From a virus (lineage: Duplodnaviria > Heunggongvirae > Uroviricota > Caudoviricetes), in the IMG/VR virus record IMGVR_UViG_3300032030_000021, positions 29,122 to 93,121 of that record: a DNA stretch of 64,000 bases. One strand, 5' to 3'. A program made the position numbers and the translations under genes. Below are positions 1 through 8,436 of the stretch, one piece after another. Positions within the stretch are counted from its first letter, which is position 1, and every line of letters starts with the position of its first letter. Below the pieces are notes generated by a model. It did not search any database, was not told the DNA's origin, and worked only from the letters and a program-made list of their open reading frames with translations.

Positions 1-325
1 CATTAGCTCGGGCATGTTGCTGGATATGATATCATCCGATCCAAGCAAATATTTATTTATCCGAGTTAATTCTACACAGTCCAAAATAGATAATTCTACA
101 ATATATGATTTCAATATCTTAGGCAAGACATTAGAAGTCAGCCAATCTACGGGATATGGAGATACTCCCAAGGTATGTGTGTCTTATACGAGCTCTAAGA
201 ATAATGCGGAAATTCTAACTAAGAACACACCGGAGGTTACGGATGATCCGGTTGAGTGTTATTCCAGAACATCTAGCGAGTTCACAACCAGAACCGCCTG
301 GAGAAGCAATTTTTATTTAAGCTAA
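1..325 (+). CDS. hypothetical protein, probably the 3' end of a gene starting upstream of the window
   Basis: Open frame from the window edge (track ORF 14..325). No recognisable motif. Confidence 0.3.
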   Translation, partial: ISSGMLLDMISSDPSKYLFIRVNSTQSKIDNSTIYDFNILGKTLEVSQSTGYGDTPKVCVSYTSSKNNAEILTKNTPEVTDDPVECYSRTSSEFTTRTAWRSNFYLS

Positions 326-329
326 TATT

Positions 330-3300
330 ATGTCCATCATCCAGTCAATATCGGATCATAGAGCCGCTGTGATAGCATTACCGGCGGCTTCGTTATATAA
401 TGCACTTACCGTCAATAGCGTATACAAACTATATAAGACGGTTACCGCGGGTGTTATAGAATGTTATATTAAAATAACAAGCAAGACCCCTATAACTCTT
501 CCGGGAGAGCAAACACCATATGATTGCTCCATAACAGGACCGGCCGTATATATAGAGAAAACTAACACCGACGTAATTACAAAGGCTGAAATTGGTATCC
601 GGTCTATATCTAATCTGATTTCTAACAAGACACACCTTGCTTCCGATAATTGGCTGATATATACATCTAGCATTAGCGAATACAATTCTATGGTAGATCT
701 GGTTATTGATAATATGTCTTCCGGAGCCATAACAGGTCCGTCCGGAAAAATAGAATCTATATCGGATCATAGAGCCGCCGTTGAAAGTATGCCGGCTCCA
801 GCTCTTTATAATGCACTCGCCGTCAATAGTATATATATGCTACAAAAGCAATCTGGTAACAGAACTATAAAATGTTATATAAAGATTGCAAACAAGACAG
901 CGATAACCTATCCCAATACCTCCGATATCTATGATTGTACGATAACCGGACCCGCTGTGTATATAGAAACCGATTCGTCCGGCAATATAACGTTGGGAGA
1001 AATAGGCAAGCGAGAAATTACTAATTTAATATCTAGCAAGACACACCTAGCTTCGGATAATTGGACAATATATACATCCAATACATCCGAGTATAATGAT
1101 ATGGTAGATGATGTTATTAACTATATAACCTATACACCACCGGATCCTAATCACTTCAGCCTCACTTCTAAACATGCCGGAAGCTCGGTTTATATTAAAT
1201 CCAGAACTTCAACTGATACCCCACCAGATTTTGAATACTCATATGATACCGTAAATTGGATACCATGGAATTATACCACTACCGGCCCTGCTGGCAACAT
1301 ATATACCCATACGTTTTCTACGCTTACATTAAATTTTAATGAAAGAATATATATTAGAAGTCATTCAGATACACTAAATATTGGAGCTTCGACAAATACG
1401 AGTACTCAATTTTATATGACCGGGCGGTTTAATGCATCCGGAAATATTCAATCATTAATCAATTATTCAACATCTGTTCCGCCTTTTTGTTATTATCAAT
1501 TATTCACGAATTGCTCTTCTCTTATTACAACCCCAACACTTCCAGCAACAATACTGAGCCAATATTGCTATCAAGCAATGTTTACGGGTTGTTCTTCTCT
1601 TATTACGGCTCCGGCTCTTCCGGCAACAATACTGAATATATACTGTTATTCTTATATGTTTAGCGGTTGCACTTCTCTCACTACAGCTCCGGCGCTTCCG
1701 GCAACAAACATTGCGGAGGGATGTTATGGAAATATGTTCCAAGGTTGCACTTCTCTCACTACAGCTCCGGCGCTTCCGGCAACAAAAATTGCGAGATCTT
1801 GCTATCAATACATGTTTAGTAATTGCCGGAATCTTGCCATTCCTCCGGCACTTCCGGCAACATCCGTAAGTGGTAATTATTGCTATTGTGGAATGTTTCA
1901 AAATTGCATCTCACTTAAAACAACCCCAAAACTTCCATTAACATCACTAGGTGGTTATGATTATCAATATATGTTTCGAGGTTGTACATCACTTACGGAG
2001 GCTCCGGAACTTCCGGCGACCAACCTAACAAATGGGAATTATCAATACATGTTTGCCGACTGTAGCAATCTCACAAAGTGTGCTGATATGCAAAAAGTAA
2101 CTAATGTATCATCCAATGCATGCCAATACATGTATCTAAATTGCAGCAAATTAAACAATGCTATAACACCATATATATCTTCTTGGACCACATCCGCTTT
2201 TACAAATTGGCTTTCCGGAGTTGCTTCTACAGGTACACTATACAAGCCAAGTAGTCTTACAAATATTCCCACAAATAATGTCTCCGGATGTCCAACCGGG
2301 TGGTCTACATCTAATTCGACGGGCAAGGTACGTCTATCGGCACAAAATACTCCGGGATTTTCATATACATATAACGGAACTACAGGCACGGTAGCTTCCG
2401 GAGAGGTAATAGAACTTCAAATTACTGATCCGAAAACTATAACGATCAATGCCCCGAGTACATTATATCTTATTAAGATAGATAATAATTATGTTGGAGT
2501 ATCAAGTGCGGTTATAAATTACATTGACGCAGTTGGACATACTATCACATGTCCCGACTTAACAAGTCAGAACCCATTGTGTTTTACAGCTCAACAAGCC
2601 GGATCTACCATATCTATGACCCATACCGGAACGAACCAGACATCTACAAAGCCATCGATATATATATTGAGAAACGGCTCCGTAAGCACTTGGGATTTTT
2701 TATCAATAACTTTATCTAATGTGGGAGACAATGTATATATGTTCGGATTCAATTCAACTATGGGTGGATCTGGGACTAATGTCAGCGTTGGTGCTAATAG
2801 TAGTCGTTTTGTGATGACGGGAAGTATTGCCGCTTCTGGAAATACCCAATCACTAGTCGGTTTTTCTTCTACAGCATCACGCGGATGTTTCGCTAATTTA
2901 TTTTATGATTGCACTTCTCTCACTACAGCCCCCGAACTCCCTGCAATGACACTGGAATATGGGTGTTATGAATATATGTTTCGTGATTGCACTTCTCTTA
3001 CTATAGCTCCGGAACTTCCGGCAACAACACTACCTAGTTATTGTTATCAATCTATGTTTTATGGGTGCACGGCACTTGTTACTCCTCCAGAACTTCCCGC
3101 AACAACATTGGGTACATATTGTTATCAATACATGTTTCGTAATTGCACTTCTCTCATCGCAGCTCCGGAACTCCCGGCAACAGTATTGAAAAATTATTGT
3201 TATCAATCTATGTTTTATGGGTGCACGGCACTTGTTGCTCCTCCAGAACTTCCCGCAACAACATTGGCGCCAAATTGTTATTCTTCCATGTTTTATGGGT

Positions 3301-4016
3301 GCACTTCTCTCACTACAGCTCCGGAACTCCCTGCAACATCATTGGCATCAAATTGTTATTCTTCTATGTTTTATGGGTGCACTTCTCTTACTGCAGCTCC
3401 GGCACTTGATGCAACCACACTAGCTAGTAATTGCTATCAATATATGTTCCTAAATTGCACATCTATTACGGTTGCTCCGGATCTTCCGGCAACAACGATA
3501 CGAGCATCGTGTTATGCCGGCATGTTTCGTGGCTGCACTTCTCTCATCGCAGCTCCGGAACTCCCGGCAACATCATTATTGTCAAGTTGTTATTCTTCTA
3601 TGTTTCATGAGTGTACGGCACTTGTTACTCCTCCAGAACTTCCCGCAACAACATTGGGTACATATTGTTATCAAAATATGTTTCGTAATTGCACTTCTCT
3701 CACCACAGCTCCAGAACTCCCAGCAACAACATTGGCGTCAAATTGTTATTCTTCCATGTTTTATGGGTGTACTTCTCTTACCACAGCTCCAGAACTTCCG
3801 GCAACTACACTGGTAACAAATTGTTATCAATATATGTTCCAGATATGCAGTTCATTAAATTATATCAAAGTTGGTGCCACATCCTGGAATACAACATATG
3901 CATCAAATTGGGTCAGTGGTGTATCCGCTTCCGGAACATTTGAGAAGCCCTCGTCAACTAACATAGCCACCGGTGTTAATGGCATACCATCCGGTTGGAC
4001 AGTTGTAAATGTATAA
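330..4016 (+). CDS. giant modular tail fibre / receptor-binding protein with BspA-type leucine-rich repeats
   Basis: 1228 aa. The N-terminal ~130-aa domain occurs twice in tandem. Two blocks (8 and 14 copies) of a 23-aa repeat C-Y-x-x-M-F-x-G-C-T-S-L-T-x-A-P-E-L-P-A-T-x-L (LRR_5/BspA-like) are each followed by a conserved C-terminal module (ISSW..NW..GV..TG..KPS...P.GW). The architecture looks like a fusion of two fibre genes. Confidence 0.6.
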   Translation: MSIIQSISDHRAAVIALPAASLYNALTVNSVYKLYKTVTAGVIECYIKITSKTPITLPGEQTPYDCSITGPAVYIEKTNTDVITKAEIGIRSISNLISNKTHLASDNWLIYTSSISEYNSMVDLVIDNMSSGAITGPSGKIESISDHRAAVESMPAPALYNALAVNSIYMLQKQSGNRTIKCYIKIANKTAITYPNTSDIYDCTITGPAVYIETDSSGNITLGEIGKREITNLISSKTHLASDNWTIYTSNTSEYNDMVDDVINYITYTPPDPNHFSLTSKHAGSSVYIKSRTSTDTPPDFEYSYDTVNWIPWNYTTTGPAGNIYTHTFSTLTLNFNERIYIRSHSDTLNIGASTNTSTQFYMTGRFNASGNIQSLINYSTSVPPFCYYQLFTNCSSLITTPTLPATILSQYCYQAMFTGCSSLITAPALPATILNIYCYSYMFSGCTSLTTAPALPATNIAEGCYGNMFQGCTSLTTAPALPATKIARSCYQYMFSNCRNLAIPPALPATSVSGNYCYCGMFQNCISLKTTPKLPLTSLGGYDYQYMFRGCTSLTEAPELPATNLTNGNYQYMFADCSNLTKCADMQKVTNVSSNACQYMYLNCSKLNNAITPYISSWTTSAFTNWLSGVASTGTLYKPSSLTNIPTNNVSGCPTGWSTSNSTGKVRLSAQNTPGFSYTYNGTTGTVASGEVIELQITDPKTITINAPSTLYLIKIDNNYVGVSSAVINYIDAVGHTITCPDLTSQNPLCFTAQQAGSTISMTHTGTNQTSTKPSIYILRNGSVSTWDFLSITLSNVGDNVYMFGFNSTMGGSGTNVSVGANSSRFVMTGSIAASGNTQSLVGFSSTASRGCFANLFYDCTSLTTAPELPAMTLEYGCYEYMFRDCTSLTIAPELPATTLPSYCYQSMFYGCTALVTPPELPATTLGTYCYQYMFRNCTSLIAAPELPATVLKNYCYQSMFYGCTALVAPPELPATTLAPNCYSSMFYGCTSLTTAPELPATSLASNCYSSMFYGCTSLTAAPALDATTLASNCYQYMFLNCTSITVAPDLPATTIRASCYAGMFRGCTSLIAAPELPATSLLSSCYSSMFHECTALVTPPELPATTLGTYCYQNMFRNCTSLTTAPELPATTLASNCYSSMFYGCTSLTTAPELPATTLVTNCYQYMFQICSSLNYIKVGATSWNTTYASNWVSGVSASGTFEKPSSTNIATGVNGIPSGWTVVNV
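2890..3840 (+). repeat. 14 tandem 69-bp units encoding the 23-aa LRR
   Basis: Near-identical units are visible in the DNA (e.g. ttgcacttctctcactacagctccggaactcccggcaaca recurring). A smaller array lies at ~1490..2060 and another in the paralog at ~4780..5110. Confidence 0.85.
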
Positions 4017-4029
4017 ATAAAATGAAATT

Positions 4030-5373
4030 ATGGCATTAATAGAACCCGTATCCGAGCACAGGCTGGCGGTAGAAGATCTACCGGCACAAGATATAATAGA
4101 CGCCATTGTTGTCAATAATGTATATATGCTATACAAAACAGCGCCGGCATCTAAGATGTATTGCTATATTAAGGTAACAGACAAAACCCCCATAACTCTT
4201 CCCGGAGAGCAAACTCCATACGACTGCAATATAACCGGGCCAGCCGTGTATATAGAAACAACCAATGCAGGAGAAGTTAAAACCGGAGAAATAGGTATCC
4301 GGACCATATCCAACCTAATTTCCAATAAGACACATATTGCCTCTGATAATTGGCTGATATATACATCTAACATTACGGAGTATAATAGCATGGTAGATGA
4401 AGTCGTCAGCTGCATAATCTACACCCCTCCGGATCTAAATCATTTAAGTTTTACATCTAAACAAAATGGAAGCACCGTCCGGATAAATTCCCTAACCAAT
4501 ACGGGGGCACCACCCGATTTTGAATATTCATATGATGCCATAACCTGGACATCTTGGCCATACACTACAACGGGACCAAGTAGCAACATATATACACATA
4601 CTTTTTCTACCATTACATTAAATTATAATGAAAGAATATATGTTAGAAGTCATGCTACTACATTAAACATAGGGGCTTCGGCAAATACGTATTCAAGATT
4701 TTTTATAACCGGAAAAATTGCAGCAGCCGGCAACATTCAGTCATTGATTAATTATTCCAATACCGTACCGAGTTTTTGCTATTATAATCTATTCAATGGA
4801 TGTGAGGGTCTCATCGAGGCACCAGTACTTCCAGTAACCACATTAGCTGATTATTGTTACACATATATGTTTTATGGATGTTCCAACCTTACTACAACAC
4901 CGGCACTTCCAGCAACCACACTGGCTAATTTTTGTTATCGACATATGTTCCGAGGATGTACTTCTCTCACCGCAGCACCTGAGCTTCCAGCTACAACACT
5001 ACGTAATTATTGTTATCAATATATGTTCTACGGGTGCACAAGTCTTACTACAGTACCGAGGCTTCCGGCAACCGCATTAACCAACCATTGCTATCAATAT
5101 ATGTTTTATGGGTGTTCCCATATTACGGAAGGGGTCGATTTACAACACGTAATAAGTACAGCATTCGAGTGTTGCAACTATATGTATTATAATTGTTCTC
5201 AATTAAGCTCGGCGATAACGCCACGAATATCATCGTGGAATACTCAACAATTCGTCAATTGGCTTGGTGGAGTCGCACCAACCGGCATTGTATACAAACC
5301 TAATGATCTTATAATACCAACAGATAGTGCGAATGGTGTTCCTACAGGTTGGACGGTTGTAAATTATGAGTGA
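4030..5373 (+). CDS. tail fibre / receptor-binding protein paralog (single-module version of the upstream gene)
   Basis: 447 aa. Same N-terminal domain, middle domain, ~6 LRR units and C-terminal ISSWNT..NWLGGV..PTGWTVVN module as ORF 330..4016. Confidence 0.6.
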   Translation: MALIEPVSEHRLAVEDLPAQDIIDAIVVNNVYMLYKTAPASKMYCYIKVTDKTPITLPGEQTPYDCNITGPAVYIETTNAGEVKTGEIGIRTISNLISNKTHIASDNWLIYTSNITEYNSMVDEVVSCIIYTPPDLNHLSFTSKQNGSTVRINSLTNTGAPPDFEYSYDAITWTSWPYTTTGPSSNIYTHTFSTITLNYNERIYVRSHATTLNIGASANTYSRFFITGKIAAAGNIQSLINYSNTVPSFCYYNLFNGCEGLIEAPVLPVTTLADYCYTYMFYGCSNLTTTPALPATTLANFCYRHMFRGCTSLTAAPELPATTLRNYCYQYMFYGCTSLTTVPRLPATALTNHCYQYMFYGCSHITEGVDLQHVISTAFECCNYMYYNCSQLSSAITPRISSWNTQQFVNWLGGVAPTGIVYKPNDLIIPTDSANGVPTGWTVVNYE

Positions 5374-5490
5374 TAAGTAGGGGATTATGGACAGTATGCT
5401 CAAAATATATGATATGATCAAAAAAGTAAAAATATATAAGCTAGATTATCCTAATTAAATAATTATTATTAAAGAAAAAAAAATCAAATT

Positions 5491-5928
5491 ATGACTATAG
5501 AAGAATATTTTGGAACACTACAGCAGAGCTTTGTAGAGATCTGGAAGAATCATCTGCAGACCGACAAATACTCCGATCATAAAGCCCTGAATGAATATTA
5601 TGACGATATTGTGGATGCCGTTGACAAGCTCATCGAGGACTGGATGGGCATTCATGGCAAAGTGAAAGACCTCACTAATACTATATCCACGGAATATGAT
5701 GAACCTAAGGAATATCTGAAGGCTCTCAAGAAGTTTGCCAAAGAAGGCCGTCAAGAGCTCATTCCCGAAGAAGATACGGAGCTCTGGTCCGATGTAGACG
5801 ATATTCTGGGCCTGATTGATTCTACTCTGTATAAACTGGAAGAATTGGATGAATCCGTTAATACATCAAGCCTTTCTAAATATCTGAAAGAATCTTTGAA
5901 TAAATCATGTGGTATTAAAAATTCTTAA
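5491..5928 (+). CDS. hypothetical acidic protein
   Basis: 145-aa ORF immediately after an AT-rich intergenic region. No motif recognised. Confidence 0.4.
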   Translation: MTIEEYFGTLQQSFVEIWKNHLQTDKYSDHKALNEYYDDIVDAVDKLIEDWMGIHGKVKDLTNTISTEYDEPKEYLKALKKFAKEGRQELIPEEDTELWSDVDDILGLIDSTLYKLEELDESVNTSSLSKYLKESLNKSCGIKNS

Positions 5929-5932
5929 TTAG

Positions 5933-6385
5933 ATGAAATCTATAACAGAATCTATAATAGGGAGAAAAAACTCGTATAAAGGAAAAGACCTTAAACAACT
6001 AATTCTTAGTGAAATAGATATGAAGGACTTTCCGTATATTCGAGAAACGTCTAAGAACTATAAAAACAATCTTCTAGACGATAAATTCTTATATGCACTG
6101 GATAATATCCAAGGATGCGATAATGATTTCAAGATTGCTGCAGTTTATGATATGATGGGATATATAGAGGCTCAGTATGATATTAATGCCGGCGATGATG
6201 GTGTTGCGGATCAAGGTGCATATAATATGATAGAGATGATATCCGATCCCAATCGGAATCAAAATGACTTTTACGCCTTCATACATACTCCTAGCCGTGG
6301 TGGAAATCCCTCCTGGTCCGGACTATCTCAGCAATATGCGGAAATAGCCGAACTTTTCTTAGATCCGGATTTTGAATTAATATAA
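5933..6385 (+). CDS. N-terminal MK..ESIIGRKG-tagged family protein (putative capsid-targeted internal protein)
   Basis: Starts MKSITESIIGRKNSY. Lies directly upstream of the prohead protease gene. Confidence 0.6.
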   Translation: MKSITESIIGRKNSYKGKDLKQLILSEIDMKDFPYIRETSKNYKNNLLDDKFLYALDNIQGCDNDFKIAAVYDMMGYIEAQYDINAGDDGVADQGAYNMIEMISDPNRNQNDFYAFIHTPSRGGNPSWSGLSQQYAEIAELFLDPDFELI

Positions 6386-6390
6386 CTCAT

Positions 6391-6852
6391 ATGAAAACCA
6401 TAACCGAATCCATATTAGACCGCATTAACGGCAATCGTTTCGGAGGAAACAAGACACTTCGTGCCTCTCAACAGGAAGCGGATCTTTTCCTAGTGCAAAC
6501 CGACTTCAAAAACAGCTTTAAAGACTGGCAGCTTTCCAAGTGTACATGTGTAAGCAAGTTATCCGAAATCAAGTATCGGGAATGCTGGAAAGAATCTCTA
6601 ATAGTGCCCAATGCCGAACTTCCGTTAAGCCAAGAAGAAGTAGAGAAAGTGCTTAAAGAAGACTTTAAAGGAACAGTCTTGGTAGAAAAAGTCTATCCGG
6701 AAGATATATATCTGAAACTGCCGTACATAAAAATGATTCCCCTAAAGTCCGGAGAGTCAATTCCTAATGCCCAGGCTATGTGGTGGTTCGGGGATTGGTT
6801 CACCAAGACCGAAGTTATGAAAGCTATAAAACAATATATAAATAGTTTATAA
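6391..6852 (+). CDS. tagged-family protein, degenerate motif variant
   Basis: Starts MKTITESILDRINGN and retains I-T-E at residues 4-6. Confidence 0.5.
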   Translation: MKTITESILDRINGNRFGGNKTLRASQQEADLFLVQTDFKNSFKDWQLSKCTCVSKLSEIKYRECWKESLIVPNAELPLSQEEVEKVLKEDFKGTVLVEKVYPEDIYLKLPYIKMIPLKSGESIPNAQAMWWFGDWFTKTEVMKAIKQYINSL

Positions 6853-6874
6853 CTAATAACTTAAAAACTTATGC

Positions 6875-6900
6875 AAGCTCTCTCTTGGGAGCTTTTTTAT
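6875..6900 (+). terminator. rho-independent terminator
   Basis: AGCTCTCtcttGGGAGCT hairpin plus T-run. Confidence 0.6.
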
Positions 6901-6954
6901 TTCTTATAAGTTCTGATTTGAATTTTTAAAATTATTATATATTATTTTTTTCAG

Positions 6955-6970
6955 ATATCTATAAATAAAT
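6955..6970 (+). promoter_or_regulatory. late-promoter-like box TATAAATAAAT upstream of protease/scaffold gene
   Basis: Contains the T4 late consensus TATAAATA. The shared ATAAATAAAT also occurs at 8416..8426 (sheath); weaker AAATAAAT boxes precede the MCP (22132..22150) and queE (~60063..60071) genes. Confidence 0.4.
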
Positions 6971-6980
6971 ATTTTAAGAC

Positions 6981-8396
6981 ATGTCAAAAGTGCTGATATA
7001 TGAAAAGCTGAGCAATGTCACGGGTTTCAAGAAAGTAAGATCCGATGACGGCTTTATCAGATTATCGGGTGTCTTTGCCCAGAGTGGTGTTAAGAATCGT
7101 AATAATCGCACATACACCACGGAAAACTATTCTAAAATGATCGAAGGATTGAAAAAGAGAATCGTCGAAGAAGGTTGTCCTGGCGAATTAGAACACCCAA
7201 CAACTATGAACATTGATTACAACAACGTATCTCACATGGTAGAGTCCGTGGAGATTGATGAGAATGGTACGGTTACCGGCACTATCAAGCTTTTGGATAC
7301 CCCTAAGGGAAAGATTGCTCAAGCTCTAGTAGAAGGCGGATTGCCGCTATTTATTTCATCTCGCGCCACCGGCAATGTGGATAAAAACGGTATTGTAACC
7401 CTGGAGGAATTAAAAACTTATGATCTAGTAGGTACTCCGGGATTTGCTCAAGCCAGACTCCATTGTAATGAGGGTATGGTTGCCGAAAGCATCGATGATG
7501 ATATGTTCATCGTATATGAAAATGAAAATGACAATCAAAATAAACAAGAAAATACAATGGAAATCGAAGCCTTACATGAGGAATTACAAAACACCAGAGC
7601 GCTTCTTGAAGATATGACCAGCAAATATAAAGAATTGTTGGAATCTGTTAGAGAGTTGCGTGAAAAATCGTTTAATAACGATGTTGATGAACTTAGAAAC
7701 CTTGGCAATCAGAACAAGGGTCTGACCGAATCTCGGGTTCGTCAGATGATCGAGGAATCCGTAAATGGTGCGGTTACCGGTCTTATTGAAAAACTATCCG
7801 ATGGTATCGAGAAATGGATCGTGGAAGAGTACAGTCCCGAAATCGAGAAATGGATCGTGGAAGAGTACAGCCCCGAGATCGAGAAATGGATCGTGGAAGA
7901 GTATAGTCCCGAAATCGAGAAATGGATCGTGGAAGAATATTCACCGGAAGTTGAGAAATGGATCGTGGAAGAATATTCACCGGAAGTTGAAAACTGGCTT
8001 AATGAAGAATTCGCTCCCGAGACTCTTGGCGGCATGATTAAAGAAAGCAAACAAAGCAAGCTGGAAAATATTGATTCTATATTGGAGATGTTAGATGCCG
8101 ATAAAACCAAAAAGCCGGTTTTCGAAAGTTCTACTCCCAATGAACCGTATTTTATTGCCGCTATGCCGGAACATATCCGTCCGCTCTGGGAAAGCGCTTC
8201 CGATGAAATGAAATCTTATATTACGGAAAAAGCCCATATGTATACTTTGAATACCGATGAGAAAATCAAATACTTCTGGGAGAACAAAGTAGATTTCAAA
8301 AAAGAACTCCAGCCATCAAAGAATATCAATGAAGGATTGGATACCATTACGGACAATTTCGAGAAGAATCTGAGAATGGCTCTTCGTAAACGCTAA
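6981..8396 (+). CDS. prohead core protease (T4 gp21-like) fused to a scaffold-like coiled-coil/repeat domain
   Basis: The N-terminal ~170 aa aligns by eye with T4 gp21 ([52 protein letters not shown]). The C-terminal half is coiled-coil with five [12 protein letters not shown] repeats, each carrying I-x-E sites. An ATAAATAAAT box sits upstream. Confidence 0.7.
   Translation: MSKVLIYEKLSNVTGFKKVRSDDGFIRLSGVFAQSGVKNRNNRTYTTENYSKMIEGLKKRIVEEGCPGELEHPTTMNIDYNNVSHMVESVEIDENGTVTGTIKLLDTPKGKIAQALVEGGLPLFISSRATGNVDKNGIVTLEELKTYDLVGTPGFAQARLHCNEGMVAESIDDDMFIVYENENDNQNKQENTMEIEALHEELQNTRALLEDMTSKYKELLESVRELREKSFNNDVDELRNLGNQNKGLTESRVRQMIEESVNGAVTGLIEKLSDGIEKWIVEEYSPEIEKWIVEEYSPEIEKWIVEEYSPEIEKWIVEEYSPEVEKWIVEEYSPEVENWLNEEFAPETLGGMIKESKQSKLENIDSILEMLDADKTKKPVFESSTPNEPYFIAAMPEHIRPLWESASDEMKSYITEKAHMYTLNTDEKIKYFWENKVDFKKELQPSKNINEGLDTITDNFEKNLRMALRKR
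7806..7990 (+). repeat. 5 tandem copies of a 36-bp unit encoding ([13 protein letters not shown])
   Basis: Direct tandem repeats are visible in the DNA, with synonymous and near-synonymous variation between units. Confidence 0.85.
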
Positions 8397-8415
8397 TCTT
8401 AAATTTTGAAAAGAA

Positions 8416-8426
8416 TATAAATAAAT
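8416..8426 (+). promoter_or_regulatory. late-promoter-like box TATAAATAAAT upstream of tail sheath gene
   Basis: Same box as upstream of the protease gene, 11 nt before the ATG. Confidence 0.4.
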
Positions 8427-8436
8427 ATTAAAAATC

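Noticed and set aside
1500-5192. Many small ORFs on both strands inside the LRR arrays (e.g. 1500..1901-, 3143..3423+, 3472..3816+, 4874..5080+)
   Set aside because: They are alternative-frame readings of the 69-bp repeat DNA. The in-frame LRR reading is consistent over >1 kb.
7742-8140. ORFs 7742..8140(-), 7765..8037(+) and 7783..7980(-) inside the scaffold repeat
   Set aside because: They are frame artefacts of the 36-bp tandem repeat within the protease-scaffold gene.
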